NCBI GenBank assembly: GCA_042408215.1 | Contig: JAYFMW010000017.1 | Location: forward strand, 640,001 to 704,000 | Source: Microcoleus sp. | GTDB lineage: Bacteria > Cyanobacteriota > Cyanobacteriia > Cyanobacteriales > Microcoleaceae | Length of the DNA: 64,000 nt | Direction of reading: 5' to 3' | Shown here: positions 31,096 to 42,800 of the stretch, one piece after another | How the letters are laid out: every line of letters begins with the position of its first letter | Numbering within the stretch: the first letter of the stretch is position 1 | Program-made: the position numbers and the translations under genes | The notes under the pieces: generated by a model | Told to the model about the DNA's origin: nothing | Database searches by the model: none | The model's input: the letters and a program-made list of their open reading frames with translations, nothing else

Positions 31096-32556
31096 TTACG
31101 CTTCCTCGGTGTTGAGGTTGACCAGGAAATCCCAGTTAGAGATAGCATAGTAACAATGTCTATTTGTCACCATACCAGAAGACTTGATTTTTTTATTCAG
31201 TTGATTCCACAGGCTCCAAACCTGCTTAGTTGAGTTCACCTCAACCGAGGCGGTTAAGGAGCCTGGTATTTTTTCCGACAATCTCATTCCCCTACGGGCC
31301 ATCACTAACGCCGCCGCTTCATCACTAGCGAAACCATACATCCTCAGATATTTGACTAAGCCAATGATACTCGAATAAGCCGGATTTACTGCGATCAATT
31401 CTATCCCACGATTAGAAAGAATAGAGTTTAACAACTTGAAAAACTGAGAATAAGCCCAATGTGAAAGCATTCGAGCATACTTTCTACCCCGTTCTCTTAG
31501 TTGTTCTTTCTTAGCACAAAAGTCTAAGGATTCACCAACAATGGGACATTGATAATGGCTTGCCAGTTTCGCCAATTCCAGACAAGCTTTAACAATTTGA
31601 GCCTGTTGTTTACCCTTCGGTAGTCCCGTTTGTAATGGTATTTGATTATGAGCTTTTAAATTCCCTTCTGGGTCGATATAAGCCCAACCAATTGACCCCG
31701 GATTTAGATCAATACCGATACATCCATAATCTACACAACTCGATACCCGCTTAACTTCTGATGGGGTAAAACTCACAGCCGCACACCACTTACCCGATTT
31801 GTAATAGAAGTGCCAAGTTTTAGCGCAATTAGCTGGTAATCGGTTAATGTTACGCGGGAAATCACCAATTTTCGACTCGACATACTTACCAAATTTTGAT
31901 TCTAAACAGGCGGGGACTCTGAATCTTAAATTATTCCCATCCCATTGACATACCTGATTGCCAAATGACTCATTTTTACACCCAACGACAAAGGCTTGAT
32001 GTCGGGGGACTGACACCTTGATCGGAGCCAATCGCACCGCCGATATTTGGGACTGATATCTGTGTAATTTACGCTTTTTGTGATGGAGTTGAAACCGTAA
32101 ATTCTGCCAAGACGTTTGGCGAGATTTGAGAGAGCAGGATAAGGGAAAAACACACCCTTTTTTACGATCGCGCCAATTCTTGAGAGCGTAAAATTTCCGA
32201 GCATTCTTAAGTTTACGTTCGGCTTTCTTCAACCAATCGGCACAGGAGTTGGCTTTACCTTCTAAGGTTTTGATATGTAAAATCCGACATTCTTTTGTAC
32301 TATCAACAGCACCCTTGGCGGCTGAGATAATGCCGTAGGCGTGTCGAGCGCTAATCCCGTAATTGTCTTGTAAATGAGTCCGCCATTTAGATTTATTAAA
32401 GTCAACACCTGAGAGGATAAAGTTCACCGTTTCACATACTGCATTGTGGAAAATTGGGGTATAAGCACTCAAAAACATTTCGAGCTGAGTTTGGCCCAGT
32501 GGGTTTAACTCATCTATTGGTGTCGGAAGTGCTTTGCAGTATGTCAGAGTAGTCAT
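31096..32556 (-). CDS. TnpB-related RuvC protein (C2c8/type V-U2-like candidate), no Zn finger
   Basis: RuvC-I GIDLNP, RuvC-II IVGESLDF, VNPAYSS, RuvC-III SDEAAALVMARRG; ATG start 32556, alternative GTG 32592. Confidence 0.8.
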   Translation of the reverse strand: MTTLTYCKALPTPIDELNPLGQTQLEMFLSAYTPIFHNAVCETVNFILSGVDFNKSKWRTHLQDNYGISARHAYGIISAAKGAVDSTKECRILHIKTLEGKANSCADWLKKAERKLKNARKFYALKNWRDRKKGCVFPLSCSLKSRQTSWQNLRFQLHHKKRKLHRYQSQISAVRLAPIKVSVPRHQAFVVGCKNESFGNQVCQWDGNNLRFRVPACLESKFGKYVESKIGDFPRNINRLPANCAKTWHFYYKSGKWCAAVSFTPSEVKRVSSCVDYGCIGIDLNPGSIGWAYIDPEGNLKAHNQIPLQTGLPKGKQQAQIVKACLELAKLASHYQCPIVGESLDFCAKKEQLRERGRKYARMLSHWAYSQFFKLLNSILSNRGIELIAVNPAYSSIIGLVKYLRMYGFASDEAAALVMARRGMRLSEKIPGSLTASVEVNSTKQVWSLWNQLNKKIKSSGMVTNRHCYYAISNWDFLVNLNTEEA

Positions 32557-32627
32557 CGGTATAAATTCGCTCTGGTTATGGACTATTGTCACACTTTGAC
32601 GTGACGAATGTCAATTTTACGGGATTT

Positions 32628-33000
32628 TCACGGATTGTCGGGAAAATATTTGTCCTGGCAATTACACCTTAGCGATCGGAGAAATGGTTTCAATCCATGA
32701 TCTGAGGCTAACTCGCGGAATTTTTCCCAATCGGTAATTTTATGACCATTACCGGACACCCGCCCAAGCAATGCTAGAAAGTCCCCTGTTTGGGCTTGTC
32801 GCTTCAGCCATAGCCCGATCGTTTTGCGAATGATGTCGAACAATATACTCGCTTCCATAATCTTTAAGCCATCTAGTTGGATAGCTTGAATGACTTTCTG
32901 ATGTAGGTCGTAGCTGTATGGTTGGGCCATGACCTGCGATCGCCCCGCAACCAAGAAGATTATTCTCAGTTTACGCCATAATCGCCTTGGCGGTTGCTAT
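32628..33000 (-). pseudogene. Truncated IS630-family transposase (N-terminal HTH only) with one end
   Basis: MAQPYSYDLHQKVIQAI...WLKRQAQTGD...KITDWEKFRE; minus-strand end TATAGCAACCGCC near 33000; no DDE domain. Confidence 0.75.
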
Positions 33001-33137
33001 ATTGTCTGTGCATCGAGGATTGTCTGAGGCCTCCTATCGTTTACGGTTGCATCGGAATGATTTAACCGCAGAGAGCGCAGAGGGCACAGAGGAAGAGCAG
33101 AGAGAGATGAATAATTCCGATACTAACGGATTTGATA

Positions 33138-35978
33138 TCAATTGCAAATAGGTGGCACCGCCCCTGGGCTGTAAGGCACAACTAATGGCGCATTCGCAAC
33201 CAATTCTACTTCACCTTTAGGATTAATTATCCAGCCTTGAGCCTCCACAAGAGGCTCAGCCTCCACATCATTATTCTCACTACCCCGACTGACTCTCTCC
33301 CTGGGTGTTGGTGGCAAACCGCCCCGCCCGGTAATTACAAACCGACTTGCTCTTGGCCCGCTATTTTGACAGGCTTGTGTTGGCTGTGGCGGCACTCCGG
33401 GGGTTACTGGCAGATTTAATCCTTGTACGGGGTCAATATCGGGAGTTCTGAGTTCGACATTGCCGTTAATTCCTAATTCTGAACTGGCGTCGATATCGCT
33501 GTCAAAAGAGCGAAAAATACCTTGGGTATTAATTACAATATTTCCGCCTCGGCCTCGGATCGCATTGGCGCGGATGTCGCTATTTTCTAAAGCAGTTACA
33601 GTCCCAGCTTCGATATTAATATTGCCGCCTGTCGCAGTCCCTGAAGCATTAGTCGTAATTTGACTGTTGTGGCGCATTTGCAAATTTCTAGTTTGCAAAG
33701 TGATATTGCCGAAATTTCCGGCTTGAGTTGTGGCTGCGATTGTGCCATTATTTAAATGAATTGAATCAGCAGCAATTCTCAAGTTTCCAGCAGATCCTTG
33801 GCCGTCCGCACTGACAGTAACTTTGGCTCCATCTCGGATAATTAACTGTCCGGTTTTAACATTTAAATTGCCGCCCGCACCGGTAGAATCTTTCCCCGTA
33901 CTGGCAAATAGTCCGCTAGCGGCACCTTCATTGTTACCGACGATGTTGGTATTGAATAGCAAGGCTCGATCGCTGAAATTGCGATCGCTGCCATAAATCG
34001 CAATTTTGTCAGCAGCATTGACGGTCAAATTACCAGCTTGACCGCTGCTGCGAGTTGTGGCGATCGCCTGTCCGCCCCCAGCAGCCTCAAAAATATTAGC
34101 ATTAATCGTGATGTTTCCCCCATCATATTCGTTCAGGGTTTGAGAGTTAACAACCGCTCCATTGGAAACTCGAAAAATATTAGTATTAACTGTAATATCC
34201 CCACCTCTACCACCCGCCCCTGGTTGTGTTGGAGCTAGTAAAGCGCTAGATGAATTATCGGAACCTACCCCATCAACTGTCACGAAATCAGCAGCATTCA
34301 CTGTGATATTTCCAGCTCGTCCCTGCCCTTCTGTTCTGGTAACAATAACACCACCATTGGCAATTGATAGCGATCGAGTTGTGACGCGAATATTTCCGCC
34401 TTCACCAACTCCTGTTCTTTTGACGCTGCTGAACAAACCGCTGGATTGTCCAATTCCCAAAGCCGGTGTTATCGGGCCAGTGCCATCTAAGGTAATGCTG
34501 TCGCGGACGCTAACAGTTACATTGCCAGCATTGCCTTCGCCTGCCGTGCTGGCGGTTATGACAGCACCGTTAGTGACAGAAAGCGACCCAGCCGTAATAT
34601 TAATGCTCCCTCCCTCACCAGTGCTCGTATATTCTTCTACTCTGCTGTAGACACCGCTGGAAAAGACCTCGGCATTGCGACTCGTGCCGTCAAAAATCGC
34701 TGTATCGCGGACGTTAATGTTGACGCTGCCCACATTCCCCCGCCCGATCGTACTCGCTTGCAGAACAGCGCCGTTAGTTACAGAAAGTGAGCCTGCTGTG
34801 AGATTGACGTTGCCGCCTTGACCTGTAGCTGGGCTTTCAACCAGGCTGTATGCACCGCTGGAGGTTTTTTCCACTCCATCAAAGGAGGCTGTATTGCTAA
34901 CGTTAATATTGACGCTGCCGGCATCTCCGCGCCCGTAAGTCCCGGCGTATATTTGACCGCCGCTGGTGACAGAAAGCGAGTTTGCTGTGAGGTTGACATC
35001 GCCGCCGGTGCCTGTAGCGTTTGTCAGCAGTGCATTAGAAATAAATGTGCCTTCACCGTCGATCGCGATCGCCCCCGTCGCATTAATATCAATATTCCCC
35101 GCCAAGGCATCAGTCGTACCGGATGTTGCCGCTATCCCCGCCCGCAGTTTACTTCCTTCGGAAAGATTCAAGTTCTGAGCGCTGACAACAATATTCCCGC
35201 CACCTCCGGCGCGTACATTCACGTCAGCGCTGTTTGTGAGAGATACATCGACTCTGGCTATTTGCGCCGGAACATTTAAACTCACATTGTTACCGAAGGC
35301 GTTCAGCCCGACAGTTTCCCCTCCCGCAACGGCTGCGAGCTCTACTCGGCCGCCCGGTGCCAGGATTTTTCCGCCGTCCAATCTCACATCGCCGCCCGCA
35401 AGTATCAAACTGTCGCCCGATCGCACCTGCAATCCATCAGTCGATCGATTTACTATACTTCCAGGATTCAGTCCGTACTGCAATCCCAGAGGAACGCTAA
35501 CTATTAGCAAAGGCGTATTTTGTCCCGAAACATTCGCCGAGAAATCCCAGCCATTTCCAAACTGCACAGCACTCGCCGTAGTCGCCACAAACGAACCGCC
35601 GATATTTAATGAAGCATTCGGCCCAAAAATAATCCCGTTCGGATTGAGCAAAAATAAATTTGCAGTACCGTTAGCTTTTATCGCACCGTCAATATTAGAA
35701 ATCGAGCCTCCCGTAACGCGGCTGAAAATATTTTGAATATCTGTAGAATTGTTGAAAAACGCTGTTTCTCCTCTCAGAAGTGAAAATTCTCGAAAACTGT
35801 GAAAGAGATTGCTACCGGCTTGCGTTCCGCCCTGTATAAAGTTATTACTGTCGTTGACAATTACCGTCGTATTGACTGGTAGAGTCGCATCCGGGACAAT
35901 TTCTGCGTTGCTGGGGGCGATCGCACTGAGGCTAAAAAAGATCGTACCGAGCCAGAAATTGCAAGTTTTTAGTTTCAT
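33138..35978 (-). CDS. Filamentous haemagglutinin-family (TpsA-like) exoprotein
   Basis: Signal peptide, NLFHSF, NLFLLNPNGIIFG haemagglutination-activity domain, G/N/T-rich beta-helix repeats, FVITGRGGLP tail. Confidence 0.9.
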   Translation of the reverse strand: MKLKTCNFWLGTIFFSLSAIAPSNAEIVPDATLPVNTTVIVNDSNNFIQGGTQAGSNLFHSFREFSLLRGETAFFNNSTDIQNIFSRVTGGSISNIDGAIKANGTANLFLLNPNGIIFGPNASLNIGGSFVATTASAVQFGNGWDFSANVSGQNTPLLIVSVPLGLQYGLNPGSIVNRSTDGLQVRSGDSLILAGGDVRLDGGKILAPGGRVELAAVAGGETVGLNAFGNNVSLNVPAQIARVDVSLTNSADVNVRAGGGGNIVVSAQNLNLSEGSKLRAGIAATSGTTDALAGNIDINATGAIAIDGEGTFISNALLTNATGTGGDVNLTANSLSVTSGGQIYAGTYGRGDAGSVNINVSNTASFDGVEKTSSGAYSLVESPATGQGGNVNLTAGSLSVTNGAVLQASTIGRGNVGSVNINVRDTAIFDGTSRNAEVFSSGVYSRVEEYTSTGEGGSINITAGSLSVTNGAVITASTAGEGNAGNVTVSVRDSITLDGTGPITPALGIGQSSGLFSSVKRTGVGEGGNIRVTTRSLSIANGGVIVTRTEGQGRAGNITVNAADFVTVDGVGSDNSSSALLAPTQPGAGGRGGDITVNTNIFRVSNGAVVNSQTLNEYDGGNITINANIFEAAGGGQAIATTRSSGQAGNLTVNAADKIAIYGSDRNFSDRALLFNTNIVGNNEGAASGLFASTGKDSTGAGGNLNVKTGQLIIRDGAKVTVSADGQGSAGNLRIAADSIHLNNGTIAATTQAGNFGNITLQTRNLQMRHNSQITTNASGTATGGNINIEAGTVTALENSDIRANAIRGRGGNIVINTQGIFRSFDSDIDASSELGINGNVELRTPDIDPVQGLNLPVTPGVPPQPTQACQNSGPRASRFVITGRGGLPPTPRERVSRGSENNDVEAEPLVEAQGWIINPKGEVELVANAPLVVPYSPGAVPPICN

Positions 35979-36139
35979 TAATTAACTAATTTTAATTTTT
36001 TGATTAACCTCCGATTATACCATTGGGTGTATTAATTTTACATATTTTTACTGAATTTTAAAATTAGGTTTTTTTAAACGAACCGCGAAGACGCGAAGGA
36101 CACGAAGGAAGAGAAGATAAATTGTATTAAAACGTGATG

Positions 36140-36709
36140 TTATTCTTGAGTTTCTGCTTCTGTAAAAATTGGTGGCCAGAGTTCAGAAATTGGCAATTCC
36201 CAACCAGGAAAAAGTTCGGGGAGTGTCAAAATATCTTCATTTCCCAACACAATCGGTTCGCCTGTCTGACGGTAAACTGTAACAGTTTCTTCATCCGGGT
36301 CGATCGTAATTCCCACTTGCGATCCGAGTTCTAGAAATTTATGAATCTTTTTTTCGAGCGGCTTTATGCGATCGCACTGTGATTTAATTTCTACTACCAA
36401 GTCTGGGACTAATTCTCCGAAATAACGCGGACTTTTCCTGAGACGTGCGGCCCGAACAAAAGAAACATCAGGTGCGGTAAGATTAGCATCAGGTAAAATA
36501 AAGCCGCCTGCGGAGTCAAAGATTCTTCCCAAGCGACGGGGATTCACCCAAACGAAGAGAAAGGCACTCAAGCGAATGCCTATTTCGCTAGATACAATAT
36601 CTGACGGGCCCATTATTACAATTCTCCCACTTTCTAGTTCAACTTGGTAATCTTGACCGGCTTCTTGGAAAGTTTTTTGGACTTTTTCTAAGTCTTTGAG
36701 TGTCATCAT
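36140..36709 (-). CDS. Uma2-family endonuclease
   Basis: APDVSFV, PDLVVEIKS, LPELFPGWEL. Confidence 0.88.
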   Translation of the reverse strand: MMTLKDLEKVQKTFQEAGQDYQVELESGRIVIMGPSDIVSSEIGIRLSAFLFVWVNPRRLGRIFDSAGGFILPDANLTAPDVSFVRAARLRKSPRYFGELVPDLVVEIKSQCDRIKPLEKKIHKFLELGSQVGITIDPDEETVTVYRQTGEPIVLGNEDILTLPELFPGWELPISELWPPIFTEAETQE

Positions 36710-36800
36710 ATTGGTTATTCCTTAATTTGTCAGGTGCGTCAGTCTTTAGCATATTCACAATTAGCAGAATTATCTGCAACTGACGCACCCTACTGTTTGG

Positions 36801-37130
36801 TTATTCCCTGGCTGAAAAAGAATTGCCGCAGCTACAACTTTTAGCCGCATTAGGATTGTGAAATCGGAAACCTCCGCCCATCAAGTCCTCTGAATAGTCC
36901 AAGGTGAGCTCGTTGAGATATTTTAAGTGCTGGGGGTCGATCGCGATTTGGATGCCCTCAGACTCGCAAACAGTGGCTGATGGGGCGATCGCATCTTCAA
37001 AACCCATTGTATAGGACAAACCGGAGCAGCCGCTCGATTCCACGCCCAGGCGCAATAAAGCATTGGGGTTTGGATGCTTCGACTTGAGACGGGTTACTTC
37101 CAGGGCTGCGGTTTTACTCAGATGAATCAT
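36801..37130 (-). CDS. iscA: Fe-S cluster assembly protein (IscA/HesB family)
   Basis: GCSGLSY, LDYSEDLMGGGFRF, NPNAAKSCSCGNSF. Confidence 0.85.
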   Translation of the reverse strand: MIHLSKTAALEVTRLKSKHPNPNALLRLGVESSGCSGLSYTMGFEDAIAPSATVCESEGIQIAIDPQHLKYLNELTLDYSEDLMGGGFRFHNPNAAKSCSCGNSFSARE

Positions 37131-37134
37131 TAAT

Positions 37135-37440
37135 TTGGGAATTGGGAATTGGGAATTGGGAATGGGGAATTGGGAATGGGAATGGGAATGGGGAATGGGG
37201 AATGGGGAATGGGGAATGGGGAATGGGGATGGGGAATGGGGAATGGGGAATGGGGAATGGGGAATTGGGAATGGGGAATGGGGAATGGGGAATGGGGAAT
37301 GGGGAATGGGGAATGGGGAATGGGGAATGGGGAATGGGGAATTAGTTATTAGTTGTGGCTTATTACTAATTGTTTATTGCTTACTTGTTGGTGCCAATAC
37401 CCTATGCCCTATGCCCTATGCCCTATGCCCTATGCCCTAG
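37135..37440 (+). repeat. Long STRR tract (GGGAATG/GGGAATT)n followed by (CCCTATG)n
   Basis: About 29 units at 37135-37342 and about 6 units at 37398-37440. Confidence 0.92.
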
Positions 37441-37461
37441 GCCCAATTACCAGTTTATCGG

Positions 37462-37884
37462 TTATTTAGCCTTCGATTCAGTCCGGGCATAATCGTCTTG
37501 AAAACGTACAATATCGTCTTCTCCGAGATATTCGCCATTCTGCACCTCAATTAAAATCAGCGGGATGACTCCCGGATTTTCCAGACGGTGATTGATGCAC
37601 TGAGGAACGTAGGTAGACTGATTTGTAAATAAAACTTCTTCAGTTTCACCGCAAGTAACTTTAGCAGTACCAGAAACTACGATCCAGTGTTCGCTGCGAT
37701 GGTGGTGCATTTGCAGGCTGAGGCGATGTCCGGGCTTAACTTCTATGCGCTTAATTTTATATCCAGGCCCTTCTTCTAGAGTTGTAAAAGAACCCCAAGG
37801 GCGTAATTCTGTGGCGGTAATTCCGTTGATTGCAACAGGTGCGCGCAGAGTAGATGTTTGAGAAATTTCTTGAGTCTGAACCAT
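37462..37884 (-). CDS. Mannose-6-phosphate isomerase type II C-terminal cupin protein
   Basis: RPWG, LSLQMHHHRSEHW, IEVQNGEYLGEDDIVRFQDDY. Confidence 0.9.
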   Translation of the reverse strand: MVQTQEISQTSTLRAPVAINGITATELRPWGSFTTLEEGPGYKIKRIEVKPGHRLSLQMHHHRSEHWIVVSGTAKVTCGETEEVLFTNQSTYVPQCINHRLENPGVIPLILIEVQNGEYLGEDDIVRFQDDYARTESKAK

Positions 37885-38261
37885 GTTTTTACTCCTTCAG
37901 GATTGCTTGTTTAAGCCTTTAGTAGACAACGTTGGTTGTTGAGGGTAGCTAATTTGTTGTTAAAATTAAAGCTCACCTGGACGGATGGGGAGCGAACTGT
38001 ACATTTTTGCACTGTCTACTCAGCCCGATCGACTTGCCTTAACAACCATAGCAAAAGCAAGATAGCTGTTGTCACCTGGTATTCGATCGATCCACAAATC
38101 TACATCAACTCTTGATCCCCAAAGGCTGGTTCTTTAAACAAGCTTTAGTCAACTACCCAGCATCAAGCGGAGTACCGCTATGATGTGGGCTTGTATCTGA
38201 GCTCCACCGCAATTCCGAAAACCTTTGCAGGATTTGGGCTTTGGTTTCACCGCTCGATACA

Positions 38262-39479
38262 TCAGGGGATGCTGACAAGCTCAAGAGTGCTAGTCCAGTC
38301 TTGCCGAACTAGCAACGCTCTCATTGCAATATTTCGCGCACCAACCAAATCAGCGTGTAACTCATGCCCACAACATTCGCAACGGAATAATAGCCCTTTA
38401 TTCGGTCTATTAGTATCTGAAGTATGTCCACATTTAGGACAACTTTTCGATGTGTAATGAGCTGGAACTTGAGTCGCTAATGAACCATTTAGATTAGCTT
38501 TGTAGTCGATATACCCGTGCAATTCGGCCTAAGACCATTTAGCTTTGTTTCGATTAGCTTTATGTCTCTTCTTGCTTGCCTTCTTGCCCGATTTAGTTCT
38601 AGTCCTGTCCCGTATTCCGGTTAGGTTTTCTAGTCCAATTAGGGTATTGGGTTTCGCAATATCCTTACTGATTTGGTGGTTCACATCAGCGATAAACCGT
38701 CTTTCTCTTCCCGACAGAGCAATTAATCTTCGCTTTGCAGAACGAGTGTCTTTACGCTGAAGAGTTGTCCGTGCCTTGTGATAGCGATTGGCTTTGTATC
38801 TAACTTCCTTGCCTGAATAGAATTTAGAGTTGTTTTGTAAGTCTGTTTCTACGGCAAGATAGCGCATTCCCACGTCAACACCGACAACTCTGGTGATTTT
38901 CAATGGATTGATTTCAGGCGTTTCCACTTCGACACTTACCATCAGATAGTAGGTCTTGGAGGAACGCTGATAGACAATTTTGGCCGCTCCAATCCTTGCA
39001 CCATTAGCAATTAAATCTAAATGCTTGTTATAGCCATCATACGGGACTACTATTCGACCTTGTAGGGTGATGATACTCACCTGTTGCTCGGTCTTAAAAG
39101 AGTAGTCACGCTGATAGTTTAAGGTGCAAGTCCGAGAGATCTACTTAGGGGCTTTGTCCAGCCCCTTGTACCGCCTTTTGGTGTAGCCTTTGGTAATAGC
39201 GTCGTTAGATTGTTTTACCTTAGTCCAGAGGGTTTTGTAGGTTCCAGACACTTGTCTAGGTACATTACACGCCATCTGCGCTCCAAGTCCAAATCGAATC
39301 CGTAATTCGTTGTAGACAATTTTCTGTAACTTAGCTCCCTTACTGGTTTTGCCCGCATCAAAAGCAATTTGCGAAGTGTAGTTCAAGGCATCACGGTAGG
39401 CTAAAGCAGTCTGAGACACCAAAGCTTTTTGCTCTGCGGTCAGGTTTAGTTTTAGCTTGGCAGTGATTACTTGGGGCAT
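38262..39479 (-). pseudogene. tnpB: TnpB (IS200/IS605) pseudogene with two in-frame TAG stops; element about 38148..39632
   Basis: Three same-frame segments with GVDVG, IGLENL, TSKSCPKCG..CECCG, HADLVGARNI; stops at 39141-43 and 38529-31; hairpin ends on both sides. Confidence 0.85.
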
Positions 39480-39831
39480 TGGTTAGCTCTACTCTGATGT
39501 TATCGTATCTCGTGAAAACTAATATTGCAATAACGGAAATCAAAGATTTGTTCAGCTCCCCGGCCTCACGCGCATTCCTCCCGTCACTCAAGGTCGTACC
39601 GTTAGAGTGCGGGACTCCTGCTGTCTAGTTGAAGGGGCATAGGGCTAAGGCCTAGGGCTAGGGCTGGGGCTAAAATCGGCATAAGGACTAATGATGACTG
39701 AGAATTTTCTTAAGACCTGAAACCTACAAGCTTAACTCACTACAAAATATAATACGTGATACTAGATCGATCGGCCTCCCATCCTCTACTCTAGATCAAC
39801 ATCTTTTCCCCACTTTGAGAGACACATCAAA

Positions 39832-42800
39832 ATGAACAACAACGGACTGCCACCAAAGCAAGGCCTGTACGATCCGCAGTTCGAGCACGACGCTTGCGGA
39901 GTCGGATTTATTGTACAGGTCAAGGGTAACAAATCCCACGAAATTGTCGAACAGGGACTGACAATCCTGTTAAACCTCGACCACCGGGGCGCCTGTGGCT
40001 GCGAACCCAACACCGGAGACGGCGCGGGGATTTTGATGCAAGTACCCCACAAGTTCCTCAAGAAAGCAGCAGCAGCCCAAAATATCGAACTTCCCGAAGC
40101 CGGCGAGTACGGTGTCGGTGCAATTTACTCATCGCGCGATCGAACTCAACGCGAAAACGGCAAACGCATCTTTGCAGAAATCGCCGCCGAAGAAAGCTGT
40201 CCCGTGCTAGGTTGGCGCGATGTCCCCACAGATAACTCATCCCTGGGCGATACCGCCAAAGCTAGCGAACCCTTCATGCAGCAAGTGTTCGTCAGCCGCG
40301 CCGCAGGTATGGACGAGGCGGCTTTCGAGCGGAAACTCTACGTCATCCGCAAACGGGCTCACAATGCCATCCGCAGGACGAAGGTAGACCCATACTGGTA
40401 TAATTCCACACTTTCCTGCCGGACGATCGTCTATAAGGGAATGCTGATGCCGGTGCAAGTGGGAGATTACTATCCCGAACTGCACGACCCCGACATGGAA
40501 AGCGCTCTAGCTCTTGTCCACTCGCGCTTCAGCACCAATACTTTTCCGAGTTGGGAACGATCGCACCCTTACCGCTACATCGCCCACAACGGCGAAATTA
40601 ACACCATGCGCGGCAACATCAACTGGATGCACGCGCGGCAATCGATGTTCGAGTCGGAACTATTCGGCGATGATTTAAAGAAAATCCCGAATTTAATCAA
40701 CATCGAAGGTAGCGACTCGACTATCTTTGATAATGCTCTGGAATTGCTGACTTTGGCTGGGCGTTCTTTACCGCACGCGGTGATGATGATGATTCCCGAA
40801 CCTTGGACAGCCCACGAGTCGATGAGTGACGAGAAAAAAGCTTTCTACGAATACCATTCGTGCTTGATGGAACCTTGGGATGGGCCGGCTTCCATCGCCT
40901 TTACCGATGGTACTTCGATCGGGGCTGTACTCGATCGCAACGGTTTGCGCCCTTCCCGCTACTGCGTCACCAAAGACGACATAGTAATCATGGCATCAGA
41001 AGCCGGAGTTTTGCCGATCGCCCCAGAACGAATTGCATCCAAAGGCCGCCTACAACCGGGCCGGATGTTCCTAGTAAATACAGCAGAAGGCCGCATCGTT
41101 TCTGACGAAGAAATCAAACATCAAATCGCCTCCGAACACCCGTATCGCGAGTGGATTGACAAGCACATGGTAGAGATTGCCAAGCTACCAGATGCTACCC
41201 AATTGGTAGAGTCAGACCCCGAAACATTATTGCAGCGGCAAATGGCCTTCGGATACACCTTTGAAGAACTGCGGTTGCTGTTGGCACCGATGGCACGCGA
41301 CGGGGTGGAAGCTGTCGGCGCAATGGGCGCGGATACGCCACTGGCGGTGCTTTCCAATCGACCCAAGCTGCTTTATGAATACTTCCAGCAACTGTTTGCT
41401 CAAGTTACGAATCCGCCGATCGATTCGATCCGAGAAGAGATTGTCACTTCCGCTGAAACTACGATCGGCGCTGAACGCAATTTGCTCAAACCGGAACCAG
41501 AAAGCTGTCACTTGATTGAGTTGAAAACACCAATTCTCAGCAATGAAGAACTGGCTAAACTCAAACAGGTTTCCGAGGGCAATTTCAAGTCTGTTACCAT
41601 AGGGATTTTGTTTGACCCCAAAACAGGAGTAAAAGGTCTTGAACAGGCGTTAGAAGATGTTTTTGATGCAGCCGATAGCGCGATCGCCTCTGGGGTGAAT
41701 ATCCTGATTTTGAGCGATCGGGGAATCAATGCAGACCAAGCTCCGATTCCGGCACTGCTAGCAGTTGCAGGGCTGCACCACCACTTGATTCGCCAAGGTA
41801 CGCGGACGCGGGCCGGACTGGTGCTCGAATCCGGGGAACCGAGGGAAGTTCACCACTTTGCGACTTTAATCGGCTACGGTTGCGGTGCGATCAATCCGTA
41901 TTTGGCCTTTGAGACGATCGCCGATTCGATCCGCCAAGGTTTGCTGGTAAATGTTGATACCAAAACAGCTTGCAAAAATTACGTGAAAGCCGCCAGCAAA
42001 GGTGTCACCAAAGTTGCCTCGAAAATTGGGATTTCCACCATTCAAAGTTACCGTGGCGCGCAAATTTTTGAGGCGATCGGCTTAAACAAATCTGTAGTCA
42101 ATAAATACTTCACCTGGACAGCATCGCGGATTGAAGGAGTAGACCTCGAAGTCATCGCCCAAGAAGCTATTTTACGCCATACCCACGCATTCCCCGATCG
42201 CCCATCCAGCGGACACACCCTCGATGTCGGTGGCGAATATCAATGGCGCAAGGAAGGCGAGGCTCACTTGTTCAGCCCGCAAACCATCCACGCCCTGCAA
42301 CAAGCAGTGCGCGAAGGAAGTTATCCGCTTTTTAAACAGTATTCCGGGCTGGTTAACGAACAAAATCAACAGCATTTTACCCTGCGCGGTTTGCTGGAAT
42401 TCAAGCAGCGGGAATCGATTCCCATTGAGGAAGTTGAACCGGTTGAATCTATTCTCAAACGCTTCAAAACTGGGGCGATGAGTTACGGTTCGATTTCCCA
42501 AGAAGCCCACGAATCTCTAGCCGTAGCGATGAACCGCATTGGTGGTAAATCGAACACTGGTGAAGGTGGCGAAGATCCCGATCGCTATACTTGGACAAAC
42601 GATCGCGGTGACTCGAAAAACAGTGCGATCAAACAAGTTGCTTCCGGTCGTTTTGGCGTCACCAGCTTGTACTTGTCTCAGGCGCGGGAACTACAAATCA
42701 AGATGGCGCAAGGGGCGAAACCCGGAGAAGGCGGACAGTTACCCGGTAAAAAAGTATACCCGTGGATTGCCAAGGTACGGCACTCGACACCTGGTGTGGG

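Noticed and set aside
37135..37440. MGNGEWG-repeat proteins
   Set aside because: The heptamer tract is open in all three frames; this is an STRR artefact
38529..39143. Programmed amber read-through or recoding in tnpB
   Set aside because: TAG is a normal stop in other genes here (e.g. apt, gltB), so simple decay is more parsimonious
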